64,000 nucleotides of DNA. Source: an uncultured cyanobacterium. Lineage in GTDB: Bacteria; Cyanobacteriota; Cyanobacteriia; Cyanobacteriales; CAWUOF01. Numbering within the stretch: the stretch's first letter is position 1; each line of letters starts with the position of its first letter. The translations under genes were made by a program, and so were the position numbers. The notes below the pieces were generated by a model. That model saw only the letters and a program-made list of their open reading frames with translations. It did not search any database and was not told the origin of the DNA. Location: positions 6,016,001 to 6,080,000 of the forward strand of contig CAVUSO010000001.1 of NCBI GenBank assembly GCA_963744145.1, written 5' to 3'. Below, piece after piece: positions 21,088 to 33,052 of the stretch.

Positions 21088-21409
21088 ATTTGCATACAGA
21101 ATACTTTACATAGATTATGATATACTTAATTTTGCCAATCATCCCGAAATTCAAATTATCAAAAACTGATCCTAATTCATAATGAAGGTATACTTCAATA
21201 CTTCGGTTAAATAAGAATTAGATATACTGAATTTATCTTTACCGATTAAATACTAAAATAGTTAGAATCAACTGAACAAGGATGATTAATTAAATTATGA
21301 ATCCGATCGCAAACTTGTGATTATATCAAATAATAGAGTAATTGTCTATAGGTAATCGTACTATAGTCGCTCCAATATTCAAAAATATCTAATCCAGGAG
21401 ACATAAGTT

Positions 21410-24400
21410 ATGACAATGATCAGCAATTTATCCGGTTACAAAATAACAGAGAAAATCTATCAGGGTACGCGCACTCTTGTCTATCGTGGTCTACGAAACA
21501 ATGATCAACAGCCTGTTGTGATCAAATTATTACGAAATAAATATCCCGACTTTCATGAACTCCTCCAGTTTCGCAATCAATATACAATTGGCAAAAATCT
21601 TCACTTTTCTAATATTATTCAGCATCTAACTTTAGAAATATATCACAATAACTATGCCTTAGTTATGGAAGACTTTGGTGGAGTTTCCCTATCTGCTTAT
21701 GTCCAGAACACAACCCCTCAAAGCCAAATTTATAAATCTTTATCCTTAGCCGAATTTCTGAACATTGCCATTCAAATTACCGATAGTCTTCACTATCTCT
21801 ACCAAAACCTGGTGATTCACAAAGATATCAACCCCACGAATATTCTGATTAACCCAGATACGAAACAAGTTAAATTAATTGACTTTAGTATTTCTTCCCT
21901 GCTGCCACGAGAAACTCAAGAAATCCAAAATCCCAATGTCTTAGAGGGAACATTAGCTTATATTTCTCCAGAACAAACTGGGAGAATGAATCGAGGGATT
22001 GACTATCGCAGTGACTTCTATTCTCTAGGAGTTACCTGCTATCAATTATTAACAGGAAAATTACCATTTAGCTCAGAAGATGCCATGGAATTGGTGCATT
22101 GTCATTTAGCTAAACACCCAATTCCCATTGATCAAATTAATTCAGAAATCCCCTTAAGCTTATCAGAAATAGTTAGCAAACTCATGGCAAAGAATGCAGA
22201 AGACCGTTATCAAACCGCCTTGGGAATCAAGCATGATTTAAAGATTTGTTTAGCACAATTGCAAACAACAGGTCAAATCGAAATATTTAAACTAGGAGAG
22301 CGAGAATCTTAGCGATCGCTTCCTGATCCCCGAAAAACTCTATGGTCGGGAGCCAGAAGTTAACCAACTATTAACAGCCTTTAAAAGAGTGAGTACGGTT
22401 AGTACAGAAATGATGTTAGTTGCAGGGTTCTCAGGGATTGGGAAAACTGCGGTGGTAAATGAGGTACATAAACCCATTGCTAGACAGCGAGGTTACTTCA
22501 TTAAAGGTAAATACGACCAGTTTCAACGTGATATTCCCTTTTCTGGTTTTGTGCAAGCTTTCCGAGATTTAATCGGACAATTGCTAGCAGAATCGGATAC
22601 TCAATTAGAAGTTTGGAAAACTCAGATTCTCACCGCATTGGGAGATAATGGACAAGTTTTGATTGAGGTGATTCCTGAATTAGAAAATATTATTGGTAAA
22701 CAGCCACTAGCTACAGAACTATCAGGAACTGCTGCTCAAAATCGCTTTAATCTCCTATTTCAAAAATTTGTGGAGGTTTTTACCACACCAGAGCATCCCT
22801 TAGTGATATTTTTGGATGATTTGCAGTGGGCTGATTCGGCATCGTTGAAACTATTGCAACTATTAATGCAGGATACAGGGAGTTTATTAGTGTTAGGTGC
22901 CTATCGAGATAATGAAGTTTCGAGCGTGCATCCATTTATATTGACAGTAGATGAAATTGTTAAAACTGGAGTAGTGGTTCATACAATTTACCTCCAACCT
23001 TTAGAGCTAAAGGATATGAATCAGTTAGTAGCAGATACCCTTAATTGTCAATCATCTCTCGCCCAACCTTTAACAGAATTGATGTATAGAAAAACCAAGG
23101 GCAATCCATTTTTTGCAACGCGATTTCTTAAGGTACTCCATGAAGATGGGCAAATTACTTTTAATTCGGATATTTGTCATTGGCAGTGTGATATTGCCAA
23201 AGTTCAAGCTTTGACTATTACAGATGATATTGTACAGTTTATGGCACTTCAACTACAGAAGTTACCCCAAGAAACTCAGAATGTTCTTAAACTAGCTGCT
23301 TGTATTGGGGCACAGTTTGATTTGCAGACTTTGGCAATCATCAGCGAAAGTTCATTAGAGATGACAGCTACAGCATTGTGGATCGCTCTCCAAGAGGGTT
23401 TAATTGTTCCGAATACGGAAAACTATAAATTCTTTATCGAATCCGATCGGGGGTTGACTGGTGATTTAGTAGCTAATGCAGCTTATCGATTTTTGCACGA
23501 TCGCATTCAACAAGCCGCCTACTTACTAATTCCGCTAGACCAGAAACAGCTGACTCATAATCGAATTGGAAACTTGCTCCTCGATAATTTATCACAGGTA
23601 GATCAAGGACAGCTTTTTTTTGAAATTGTCGGTCATCTTAATATTGGCAGTTCCTTCCTGGTTGACCCATCTAAACGTGAAGAACTAGCCCAGTTAAATT
23701 TAACCGCAGGAAATAAAGCTAGAAACTCTACCGCTTATGAATCTGCTGCTAATTACTTTGCTAATGGTATTAATTTATTAGCTCCAGATTATTGGAAAAA
23801 ACAGTATCAACTAGCACTGAAATTATTTCTAGGAAGGGCAGAAGTTGAAACTATTGTGGGTCATTTTGAATCAGCATCTAATTTAATTGAAACAACTCTG
23901 AAGGAAACAGATAACTTACTCGATCAATGTGCAGCTTATGAGCTAAAGATCCGGATGAATATTCTCTGTGGAGAACATGAGACAGCAATCGATATAGCCT
24001 TAGTTGCGCTCAACCTATTAGATATTACCCTAGAATCCGAACCTCCTATCAGTATTGATTTCGATCAACTATTGAACCTACCGGATATCGGTGATCCTAC
24101 CAAGCTCAAAGGAATAGAAATTCTAGCTTCGGTCCTTGGTGCTGCCTATCAGGCCCAACCCGAACTAATGTTGCCTATAACCATTACCATGCTTAAACTA
24201 TGTATTCAGTATGGCAATTCGCCAATTGCTGCCACGGTCTATGCTTTCTATGGTTTCTTGCTTTGTGGGTTTATGGGCAATATTGAATTGGGTTACCAAT
24301 TTGGTCTGCTTTCTCTCAAAATCCTTGATAAATACAATGCTCATTGCTTCAAAAGTAATGTATATCATCACTTCTATGCACATATATGTGCTTGGAAAGA

Positions 24401-26753
24401 GCCAGTTTCCGCTACTATTGATGGTTTGCTAGAGGCTGTTCAAAGCGGATTAGAAACCGGAGATATAGAGTATGCTATGTACACCTTAAAAGATTACTGT
24501 AATTATTATTTTCTCACGGGTGCATTTCTTGATGATGTAGATGCAATATACGAAAAATATAAAAATCTAAGCCGCAGCATGGAGGTAGTATATCATGATC
24601 TGGTAATCTGGCAACAAATAGGGTTAAACCTAAAGAATTTCCATGAGAGAGATATCTTGATTAGCCTGCCAAATCTTAGTGATAAAGATACCTTTCAGTA
24701 CCTGCAAGAAAAACACCACAATATGGCTTTGTTTGGTGCTTACTTTGGTAAATGTCAGCTTTATTACTTTAAAGGTGATTATGCAGAAGCTGTTGAAAAT
24801 GGTAACAATGCTAACAATTATATCAACTTTGTAGTTGGTAAAATATATCCTACGTTTAATAATTTTTATTTATCTCTGGCATTATTAGGACTTGCCCAAA
24901 CGTTAGAACCAGAGCAGCGATTGGTAGCTCTCAATCAAGTTGAAGAGAATCAAGCTCAATTACAAAGATGGGCTAATCATGCCCCAAGTAATTTTCTACA
25001 CAAATTTTATTTAGTCAAAGCTGAGATTTGCCGAGTTCTGGGAGATAAAAGCGAAGCGATCGACTTCTATGATCTGGCAATTTCAGGAGCCAAAGAAAAC
25101 AGCTATATCCAAGAAGAAGCATTAGCTAATGAACTTGCTGCTAAATTCTACCTCAACTGGGGTAAAGAAAAAGTTGCCGCAGGTTATATGCAAGAAGCAT
25201 ACTATTGTTATGCTTCCTGGGGGGCTAAAGCCAAAGCTATTGATTTAGAAAAACGTTATCCCCAACTCCTTGCACCGATTCTACAACAACCTGACGCTAC
25301 TGACTTTTTCAAGAAAACATTTGCCTTCGGAAAGATTACTTCTCAACAAACCTCTACCAGTGTCAGTGAAGCACTAGACTTGGCAACTTTACTGAAAGCA
25401 TCTCAAGCAATTTCTGAAGAAATTGAACTCAATAAACTTCTGATTACCTTATTGAAAATCGTCATTGTCAATGCTGGGGCGAGTAAATGTGTTTTGCTCC
25501 TTAAACAAGATAGTTCGTTAAAAGTGGTAGCTCTGGTAGCCGAGACACAGTCACCGCAACTATTACCATCAATTCCCCTAGAATCAAGTCTAGATGTGCC
25601 AATTAGTTTGGTGAATAAGGTTAAACGAAATTTGGCACCTGTGTTATTAGCAGATGCGCGGATAAATTCTCAGTTTACGGCTGATAGTTACATCCAAAAA
25701 AAACAGCCTAAAAGCGTTTTTTGCAGCCCAATTTTGTATCAAGGACAATTAATTGGAGTTTTATATCTAGAAAATAATCTGATTGTGGATGCTTTTACAA
25801 GCGATCGCGTGGAAGTTCTGAATTTAATTTGCGCTCAAGCTGCTATTTCCTTAGAAAATGCTCGTCTGTATCAACAGTCTCAAAAGAAGACTCAAGAACT
25901 TGAACAAGCTCTCCAAGAACTCCAAAAGACCCAAATTCAATTGATTCAAGGAGAAAAAATGTCGGCATTAGGAAATTTAGTAGCGGGGGTTGCCCACGAA
26001 ATCAATAATCCCCTAGGTTTCCTTGGCGGTAATATTCAACCTGCCTTAGATTATATCAATAGTCTTTTTGGATTGCTCGATCTATTTCAAGCGAAATATC
26101 CTCAATTACATCCAGAAATTCAAGCCGAAATGGAAAATATCGATCTTAATTACATTCGGGAAGATTTACCAAAATTAGTTAGCTCGATGCGGGAAGGAGT
26201 GAACCGAATTAAAGAGATCAGCACTAGCTTAAGAACCTTCTCTCGTGGGGATACTAACCATCCGGTTGCCTGCAATATTCACGATGGGATTGATAGTACC
26301 ATTATGATCCTGAAACATCGCCTGAAGGCTAAGGAGAATCGCCCCGAAATCAAAGTGGTTAAAGACTATGGAAATTTACCTCAAATCAAATGTTATGTTG
26401 GACAGTTAAATCAGGTATTTATGAATTTACTCAGTAATGCTATTGATGCCCTAGAAGACTCAAATCAAGGGCATAAATATGCAGAAATTGCCAATCAAAT
26501 CACTGTAAAAACCGAGTTATCAACCGAACAAAAACAGGTAATAGTTAGGATTCAAGATAATGGAATTGGGATGAATGTCGAGGTACAGTCCCAGATTTTT
26601 GAGCATTTATTTACAACCAAAGAAGTCGGAAAAGGGACAGGATTGGGATTGGCGATCGCGCGGCAAATTATCGTCGAAAAACATCAAGGTAGCATTAGTG
26701 TTAATTCAGAAATTGGTGTAGGGACAGAATTTATAATATCCCTGCCCATTTAA
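21410..26753 (+). CDS. Ser/Thr kinase-AAA ATPase-GAF-histidine kinase (HstK-like, ~1780 aa), with an apparent +1 frameshift at 22305-22306
   Basis: Kinase motifs (VIHKDINPTN, LIDFS, YISPEQTGRMNR), Walker A GFSGIGKT, LDDLQWAD, GAF and H-box VAHEINNP. Removing one A at 22305-22306 restores GERDLSDRFLIPEKLYGRE and joins ORFs 21410-22312 and 22389-26753. Confidence 0.88.
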
Positions 26754-26787
26754 TAGTAAATAACCTGCATCTACATAGAAGATACTG

Positions 26788-27176
26788 CAATCCGGTGTAG
26801 GGGCAAAGCATTTCGGCGCATAAATGATAGCTTAAGTGAAGAATAATATTACCGAAATGCTTTGCCCTTGTCATCTATGCAGCCAACAGATCAACTATAT
26901 ATTAAAATCCATTCAGTTAAGATTTTTGGGGATATCTCGGCTTTAAAAGGGTGAAGCATTCGGATCTAAATTAACGGACCTTCGACTTCCAATACGGTTC
27001 GTTTAAGGATATTTTGGGAGATATCGACGCAGAAGAAGGGTGAAGCATTCGGGTCTAATGCTACTCCCCTTCGACTACGCCCTTCGGCTACGCTCAGGGT
27101 AAACTCAGGGTAAAACTTCAGTGTTTAATTGTCGCCCGAATGCTTCACCCCTACAGTTAACTGAACCGGATTGGAA
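26788..27176. mobile_element. Nested REP/MITE/small-dispersed-repeat composite
   Basis: GTAG-REP hairpin at 26797-26868. A 14-bp inverted pair with one mismatch, TTCCAATACGGTTC (26987-27000) and GAACCGGATTGGAA (27163-27176), encloses a second REP hairpin ending CTAC at 27154. That hairpin contains a self-nested 24-bp repeat at 27067-27114. Confidence 0.8.
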
Positions 27177-27217
27177 TATACTGCATCTTATCCCAATTTA
27201 ATATGAAGCAATAATCA

Positions 27218-28735
27218 ATGTCAATCCATCATTATCCCGATCGCCCATTAGGAAAAATCGTCATCATTGGAGCTGGAATTGGTGGTTTAACCGCAGGAGC
27301 ACTATTAGCACATCGGGGTTATAGCGTTTTAATTTTAGATCAAGCTTTAGTTCCGGGAGGATGCGCTTCAACTTTTACGAGAAAAGGATTTACCTTTGAT
27401 GTGGGTGCTACTCAAGTTGCTGGATTAGAACCAGGTGGAATTCATCATCGAATTTTTTCAGAGTTAGACATTATACCACCATTAGCAACAATTTGTAATC
27501 CAGCTTGTGCTGTATATTTACCTGGTGAAACTAAACCAATTAATGTTTGGCATCATCCCCAACAATGGCAAATAGAAAGACAGCAACAGTTTCCTGGGAG
27601 TGAACCTTTTTGGGAATTACTAGGAAAATTATTTACAGCAAGTTGGCAGTTTCAAAGTCGCGATCCGATCTTACCACCTCGAAATTTATGGGATTTAGAG
27701 CAATTAATTAAAGCGGTACGTCCGGATACTTTAATTACCTTACCCTTTACTTTTTTAACTGTTGGTGATACTTTACGAGGTTATGGATTAAATCAAGATT
27801 TACGATTAAAGACTTTTTTAGATTTACAATTAAAACTGTATTCCCAAGTAAATGCAGATGAGACCGCGTTACTTTATGCAGCAACAGCTTTGGGAATTTC
27901 CCAAGCACCCCAGGGATTATACCATCTTCAGGGTAGTATGCAGGTATTGAGCGATCGCTTAAGAACTAGCTTAGAGCGAGATGGGGGAAAACTCCTGATG
28001 CGTCATACCGTAGAAAGGATTCAAACTAAGAATGGTAAAGCGACAGGTGTAGTAATTCGCAATCAAAAAACTGATGAAATTTGGACAGAATCAGCCGACC
28101 ATATTATTGCTAACGTCACTGTCCAAAATTTGGTGAAATTATTAGGAGAACAAACACCAAGCGGTTATCGAAAACGGGTAGAACAATTACCATCAGCATC
28201 AGGATCTTTTGTCCTATATTTAGGAGTTGATCACCAAGCAATTCCTCCTGACTGTCCACCACATTTGCAATTTCTTTATGATTACGATCGCGAAATTGGC
28301 GAAAATAACTCTTTATTTGTTTCTGTCAGTCATCCGGTCGATGGTCGCGCTCCAGCAGGAAAAGCAACTATTACCGCATCTTCCTTTACCGATGTGAAAA
28401 AATGGTGGGATGGGATAGATTATCAAGAGATGAAACGTCAATATACCAAGGATGCGATCGCTAGACTTGGACAATATTTTGATCTCAAACCAGAGAACAT
28501 TGTTTATACTGAAGCTGCTACACCACGGACTTATGCTCATTTTACCGGTCGGGATTTGGGTGTGGTCGGGGGGATTGGTCAACGAGTATCCACCTTTGGA
28601 CCATTTGGTTTTGCGAATCGTACTCCAGTTAAATCTTTATGGTTAGTGGGTGACTCAACCCATCCGGGGGAAGGGACCGCAGGGGTGAGCTATTCTGCTT
28701 TGACTGTAGTTCGACAAATTGGTGCAGATTTTTAA
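27218..28735 (+). CDS. crtD: Carotenoid C-3',4' desaturase (myxoxanthophyll pathway)
   Basis: CrtI-like FAD protein: IGAGIGGLTAGALLA, FTFDVGATQVAGLEPGGIH, FLDLQLKLYSQ, VGDSTHPGEGTAGVSYSA. Confidence 0.88.
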   Translation: MSIHHYPDRPLGKIVIIGAGIGGLTAGALLAHRGYSVLILDQALVPGGCASTFTRKGFTFDVGATQVAGLEPGGIHHRIFSELDIIPPLATICNPACAVYLPGETKPINVWHHPQQWQIERQQQFPGSEPFWELLGKLFTASWQFQSRDPILPPRNLWDLEQLIKAVRPDTLITLPFTFLTVGDTLRGYGLNQDLRLKTFLDLQLKLYSQVNADETALLYAATALGISQAPQGLYHLQGSMQVLSDRLRTSLERDGGKLLMRHTVERIQTKNGKATGVVIRNQKTDEIWTESADHIIANVTVQNLVKLLGEQTPSGYRKRVEQLPSASGSFVLYLGVDHQAIPPDCPPHLQFLYDYDREIGENNSLFVSVSHPVDGRAPAGKATITASSFTDVKKWWDGIDYQEMKRQYTKDAIARLGQYFDLKPENIVYTEAATPRTYAHFTGRDLGVVGGIGQRVSTFGPFGFANRTPVKSLWLVGDSTHPGEGTAGVSYSALTVVRQIGADF

Positions 28736-28804
28736 CAATTTTAGTGTAAGTTTTGAAAGGGAATTCCCTCATAACTCACCACCACTTCGCACCCGAATTT
28801 GACC

Positions 28805-30625
28805 ATGACCCCATCCCTAACTAGCCCGATCATTGAAGTTATTGTTCAGCAGTATCAAAAAGATGGTGCTAATGAATCAGTTGTGACCTTAGTCCGTCAA
28901 ATTCGGAGACAACTAGCAGAATTTTGGTTAGCAACACCCGATGAAATTTTGTCAACCACCTATTTAGAGGATGTGGGTAAAGCTCATCACATATTAGCCA
29001 ATAGTGGCATTAAAGACGAACCATTAACTGAAAGTGAAAAAGCTTTTGTCCAGGATTTAATTGCCCATATTTCCCAAGGATTTAGTGCTACCAATGCACT
29101 TCAATATTTGCTAGCAGGTTGGCTATATTGTCGGGCAGATCAACTCCCATTGCAATATCAAGGAGCAGGAATTCCCAAATGGTTAATTGATGATTTATTA
29201 AGATTCATGATCCAATGGCCTGCTTATTTTCAAGAGTTAGGAGAAGTGGAGAAATATTATCTCTATATGAAAAAATTAGTAGATTTTCTCCATGATAATA
29301 TTTTTCGTAATTTTAATTCGCGAAATTGGCAAGAAATTGCTTTAACTTTTAGTAATAATGTGAATTTTGTGCCGCTTTATTTTAGCACGCAAAATTTAAA
29401 AGATATCTATACTAAACGTTCTGATATCATGGAATTTGCCTTAAGAGGTGTAGGTAATAAAATCGATTATTCTTTTCCGGAACGACCTCAAGATAGAAAA
29501 AAGATTCGGTTAGGGATTCTCAAAATTACTTATGCTCCTGGTCCAGAGACTTTTGCCGCTATTTCCGTATTTGAATATTTAGATCGAAATAAATTTGAAA
29601 TCATTTTATATATTCTTAATCCCACCAACTATCCCCTGGAAAAATATGCTTATAGTTGTGCCGATCGGGTGGTTATTTTAAAAAATAAAGACCTACCTGA
29701 ACAAGTCCAAATGATTCGGAACGATAATGTGGATATTTTATTTATTGGTTCAATTTTGAGTAATGCAATTCATCGAATTTTGTTAATATCCCTACATCGA
29801 TTAGCAAGAGTTCAGTTAACTTTTTTTGCTTCTCCAGTCACCACAGGAATCAGAAATATTGATTATTTTATTTCGGGAAAGTTATCGGAACCATTAGAAA
29901 ATTACGCTGACCATTATCGAGAAAAATTAATCAATTTAGATGGGACAGGTTTTTGTTTTTCTTATCCAATTACCCATCCACCGACAGTGATACCTACTCG
30001 TCACAGCTTGGGTATACCCGAAGACTCAGTTATGTTTATTTCGGGTGCAAATCTTTATAAGATCATCCCCGAAGTTCGAGAAACTTGGGCAAAAATCATC
30101 GCTACAGTTCCCAATTCAGTTTTGGTATTACTTCCTTTTGGTCCGAGTTGGAGTAACTCTTATCCAGAAATACCCTTTACTCAGAAAATGCAGGAAATTT
30201 TTCATAAATACGGTATTGCTAGTAGTCAGTTATTCATCTTAAAATCTTTACCAAGTCGGGTAGAATTAAAAGAACTGTTTAAACAAGGTGATGTGTATTT
30301 GAATGCTTATCCTTATGGAGGGTCAACTTCCATTATCGATCCCCTAGAAGTGGGATTACCAACTGTAGTTCAGGATGGTAATTCTTTGCGATCGCGTATG
30401 GGTGCAGCATTATTACGAGATTTAAAAATAGAGGAATTAATTGCAGATACTGAGGAGGAATATATTCAGTTAAGTATATCACTAGGGAAAGATCGGGGAT
30501 TACGTCAACATTATCGAGAAATAATTTTGCAGAAGATGCAGAATAAACCTAGATTTTTGGATAGTCAATATTATTCTGGACAGATGGGAGAAGTCTTGGA
30601 ACAGTTGTTTCTAAGACATAGTTAA
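28805..30625 (+). CDS. GT41 glycosyltransferase without TPRs (helical N-domain, HMW1C/OGT-like), 606 aa
   Basis: KIRLGIL, RLARVQ...SPVTTG..IDYFISG, SGANLYKIIPE, DVYLNAYPYGGSTS.IDPL..GLPTV, RSRMGAALL. Confidence 0.85.
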   Translation: MTPSLTSPIIEVIVQQYQKDGANESVVTLVRQIRRQLAEFWLATPDEILSTTYLEDVGKAHHILANSGIKDEPLTESEKAFVQDLIAHISQGFSATNALQYLLAGWLYCRADQLPLQYQGAGIPKWLIDDLLRFMIQWPAYFQELGEVEKYYLYMKKLVDFLHDNIFRNFNSRNWQEIALTFSNNVNFVPLYFSTQNLKDIYTKRSDIMEFALRGVGNKIDYSFPERPQDRKKIRLGILKITYAPGPETFAAISVFEYLDRNKFEIILYILNPTNYPLEKYAYSCADRVVILKNKDLPEQVQMIRNDNVDILFIGSILSNAIHRILLISLHRLARVQLTFFASPVTTGIRNIDYFISGKLSEPLENYADHYREKLINLDGTGFCFSYPITHPPTVIPTRHSLGIPEDSVMFISGANLYKIIPEVRETWAKIIATVPNSVLVLLPFGPSWSNSYPEIPFTQKMQEIFHKYGIASSQLFILKSLPSRVELKELFKQGDVYLNAYPYGGSTSIIDPLEVGLPTVVQDGNSLRSRMGAALLRDLKIEELIADTEEEYIQLSISLGKDRGLRQHYREIILQKMQNKPRFLDSQYYSGQMGEVLEQLFLRHS

Positions 30626-30661
30626 GGTGGTGAGAAAAATAGAGGAAAAATTGGAGAGAAT

Positions 30662-32875
30662 ATGTCTAATTTATGGATCGGATACGCGGAAGCAATTAAT
30701 CTGCACCAACAAGGAAAATTTGCAGCAGCAGAACAGAAATATCAACAGGTTTTAGCTCAAGAGCAAAATAACTCTTATATTTGGCATAATCTTGGTACTC
30801 TTTATTATGAAATGAAGCAATATGAAAAAGCATTAAATATTTTGACCCACTGTTTACAGTTAAACAAGTCCCAATATCTCTCCTATTATACTTTGGGATT
30901 AATTCTAGAAAAAACTAATCAGCTCCATGCTGCAATTTCTGCTTATCAGCAAACGATCGCACTTCATCCCCAGTTTATTTCCGCTTATACTAATTTGGGT
31001 AGAATCTTCACAGATGTGGGTAATCTGGATGAAGCGATCGGCTGTTATCAAAAAGCATTAGGTTTAAAAAATAATGACCCGGATCTCCTCTATGGTTTAG
31101 GAAATGCGTTTGCTCAGAAAGGGAAAGATTATGAAATTCAAGCATCTTTTTATCTGGGATTTTCCTTCTACCGAAAAGGTAAATATAAACTAGCGATTCA
31201 GCAATATCAAAAATTTTTAGCAATTTCCGACAAAAAACTCCATATTAGTAATATCAAAAGAGTTTATATATTTTTACTGAAATGTTTTCAGGAATTAAAT
31301 CAAGCAGAAGGACAAATCGAAGTTTATCAAAAATTAAAAACTTTGTCTGAGCAGGAAGGAGAATTAACCTGGATCTATGAAGAATTAATGGTAAATTTAC
31401 ATAGGTGTGGACGTACTACAGAAGCGATCGCAATTGCGACTGAAGCAGCACAATTATTTCCCAATCAATTATTTTTTAAACGTCAAAAGCATCTCTTAGT
31501 ACCAATTATCTATGATAGTCCTGAAGAAATTTGTTATTACCGACATCGTTTTACCAGAGGATTAGCAAATTTAATTGCAGAAATACCCATCACCTCTAAG
31601 GACTTGAAGATATTGGAAGCGATCGGAATCTGCACCAACTTTTATTTGCAATATCAAGGTAGAAATGATCGGGATTTGCAAATGCAGTATGGTCAATTTA
31701 TCCATAGAATTATGACTGCAAATTATCCAGAATTTACCCAAATTTTACCGATACCTCCTTGGACAGAAGATGGAAGAATTAGAGTTGGGTATATTTCTGC
31801 TTATATGAAAATTCATTCCGTTGCTAAAACATCTTTGGGCTGGATTAAATATTGCGATCGCCAGAAATTTCAAGTATATTGCTATCATCTCGGTCAAAAT
31901 TATGATGGAGTTACTGCTCAGTTCCAAGCTCACAGTGATATATTTCGACATTTACCTCATGGTGGGGACTTAAATCCAACTTTTATCCAAAATGTTGGTA
32001 AACAAATTATTGCCGATCGCTTACATATTTTAGTATTTCTTGATATTGGGATGCAACCTTATATGACCCTATTTGCGGGGTTACGTCTAGCTCCCCTTCA
32101 ATGTGCTACCTGGGGACATCCCGTTACCTCGGGTTTCCCAACAATTGATTATTTCTTATCAGGAGACTTAATGGAAATAGAAACAGCTGCATCTCATTAT
32201 TCAGAAAAATTAGTGCGTTTACCAAAAATTGGTATTCCTTTTGCTAAACCACCCGTCCCTTTAGTCCCTAAATCTCGTGCTGATTTTCAACTTCAAGACG
32301 ATCGCATCATTTATTTAACTTGTCAATCACTGTTTAAATATCTACCTCAGTATGATTATATTTTGCCAGAAATTGCTAAAAGAGTTCCCCAAGCTCAGTT
32401 TATCTTTATCAGACAAAAAAATGCTTTTCATGTGATCAATAAATTTTGGCAACGTTTGCAAATTTCCTTTGCAGTTTATGGATTGAATATTGATGACTAT
32501 TGTACTATTGTTTCCCAACTCCATCTCGATGATTATTTGCACTTAAATTTAGTTGCTGATGTATTTTTAGATACTTTTGAATGGTCTGGATGTAATTCAA
32601 CTTTTGAAGCGATCGCTTGTAATTTACCTGTAGTTACTTGTCCCGGTGAATTTATGCGTGGAAGACATTCTTATGCAATTTTACAAATGTTAGGTGTTAC
32701 TGATACCATTGCTAAGGATGAAACTGAATATATTGAAATTGCGGTCAAATTAGGCTTAGATCAAGCATGGAGAGAACAGATTGTCAAACGGATTAGTCAG
32801 CGTCATCAATATGTTTATGATGAGCAAACCTGTGTCACTGCTTTGGAACAATTTTATGAAAGTATAGTTGTCTAA
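30662..32875 (+). CDS. TPR-containing GT41 O-GlcNAc-transferase/SPINDLY-like protein
   Basis: N-terminal TPRs (WHNLG, AYTNLG), RIRVGYIS...HSV, RLAPLQCATWGHPVTSG, QSLFKYLP, DVFLDTFEWSGCNST. Confidence 0.88.
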   Translation: MSNLWIGYAEAINLHQQGKFAAAEQKYQQVLAQEQNNSYIWHNLGTLYYEMKQYEKALNILTHCLQLNKSQYLSYYTLGLILEKTNQLHAAISAYQQTIALHPQFISAYTNLGRIFTDVGNLDEAIGCYQKALGLKNNDPDLLYGLGNAFAQKGKDYEIQASFYLGFSFYRKGKYKLAIQQYQKFLAISDKKLHISNIKRVYIFLLKCFQELNQAEGQIEVYQKLKTLSEQEGELTWIYEELMVNLHRCGRTTEAIAIATEAAQLFPNQLFFKRQKHLLVPIIYDSPEEICYYRHRFTRGLANLIAEIPITSKDLKILEAIGICTNFYLQYQGRNDRDLQMQYGQFIHRIMTANYPEFTQILPIPPWTEDGRIRVGYISAYMKIHSVAKTSLGWIKYCDRQKFQVYCYHLGQNYDGVTAQFQAHSDIFRHLPHGGDLNPTFIQNVGKQIIADRLHILVFLDIGMQPYMTLFAGLRLAPLQCATWGHPVTSGFPTIDYFLSGDLMEIETAASHYSEKLVRLPKIGIPFAKPPVPLVPKSRADFQLQDDRIIYLTCQSLFKYLPQYDYILPEIAKRVPQAQFIFIRQKNAFHVINKFWQRLQISFAVYGLNIDDYCTIVSQLHLDDYLHLNLVADVFLDTFEWSGCNSTFEAIACNLPVVTCPGEFMRGRHSYAILQMLGVTDTIAKDETEYIEIAVKLGLDQAWREQIVKRISQRHQYVYDEQTCVTALEQFYESIVV

Positions 32876-32985
32876 TACCAATAACACATAAAATTGCATT
32901 TAATCTCAGATTGATCTGTTAGACCAGGGTAGGTTTATCATATTGATCTGTTAGTGACAGAATTGATTGGTGAACCTACCCCTAC
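32873..32985. repeat. Intergenic REP-like hairpin ending in CTAC, with a TAATACCAAT end
   Basis: GGGTAGGTTTATCA (32927-32940) pairs with TGGTGAACCTACCC(CTAC) (32968-32985). ATTGATCTGTTAG is repeated at 32910 and 32942. Confidence 0.55.
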
Positions 32986-33052
32986 CAATTTTATCCTCTA
33001 TTTGCAATCTAGCTTATCCTAGAAATCTAATCTCCTATCCTCACTAAGTAAG

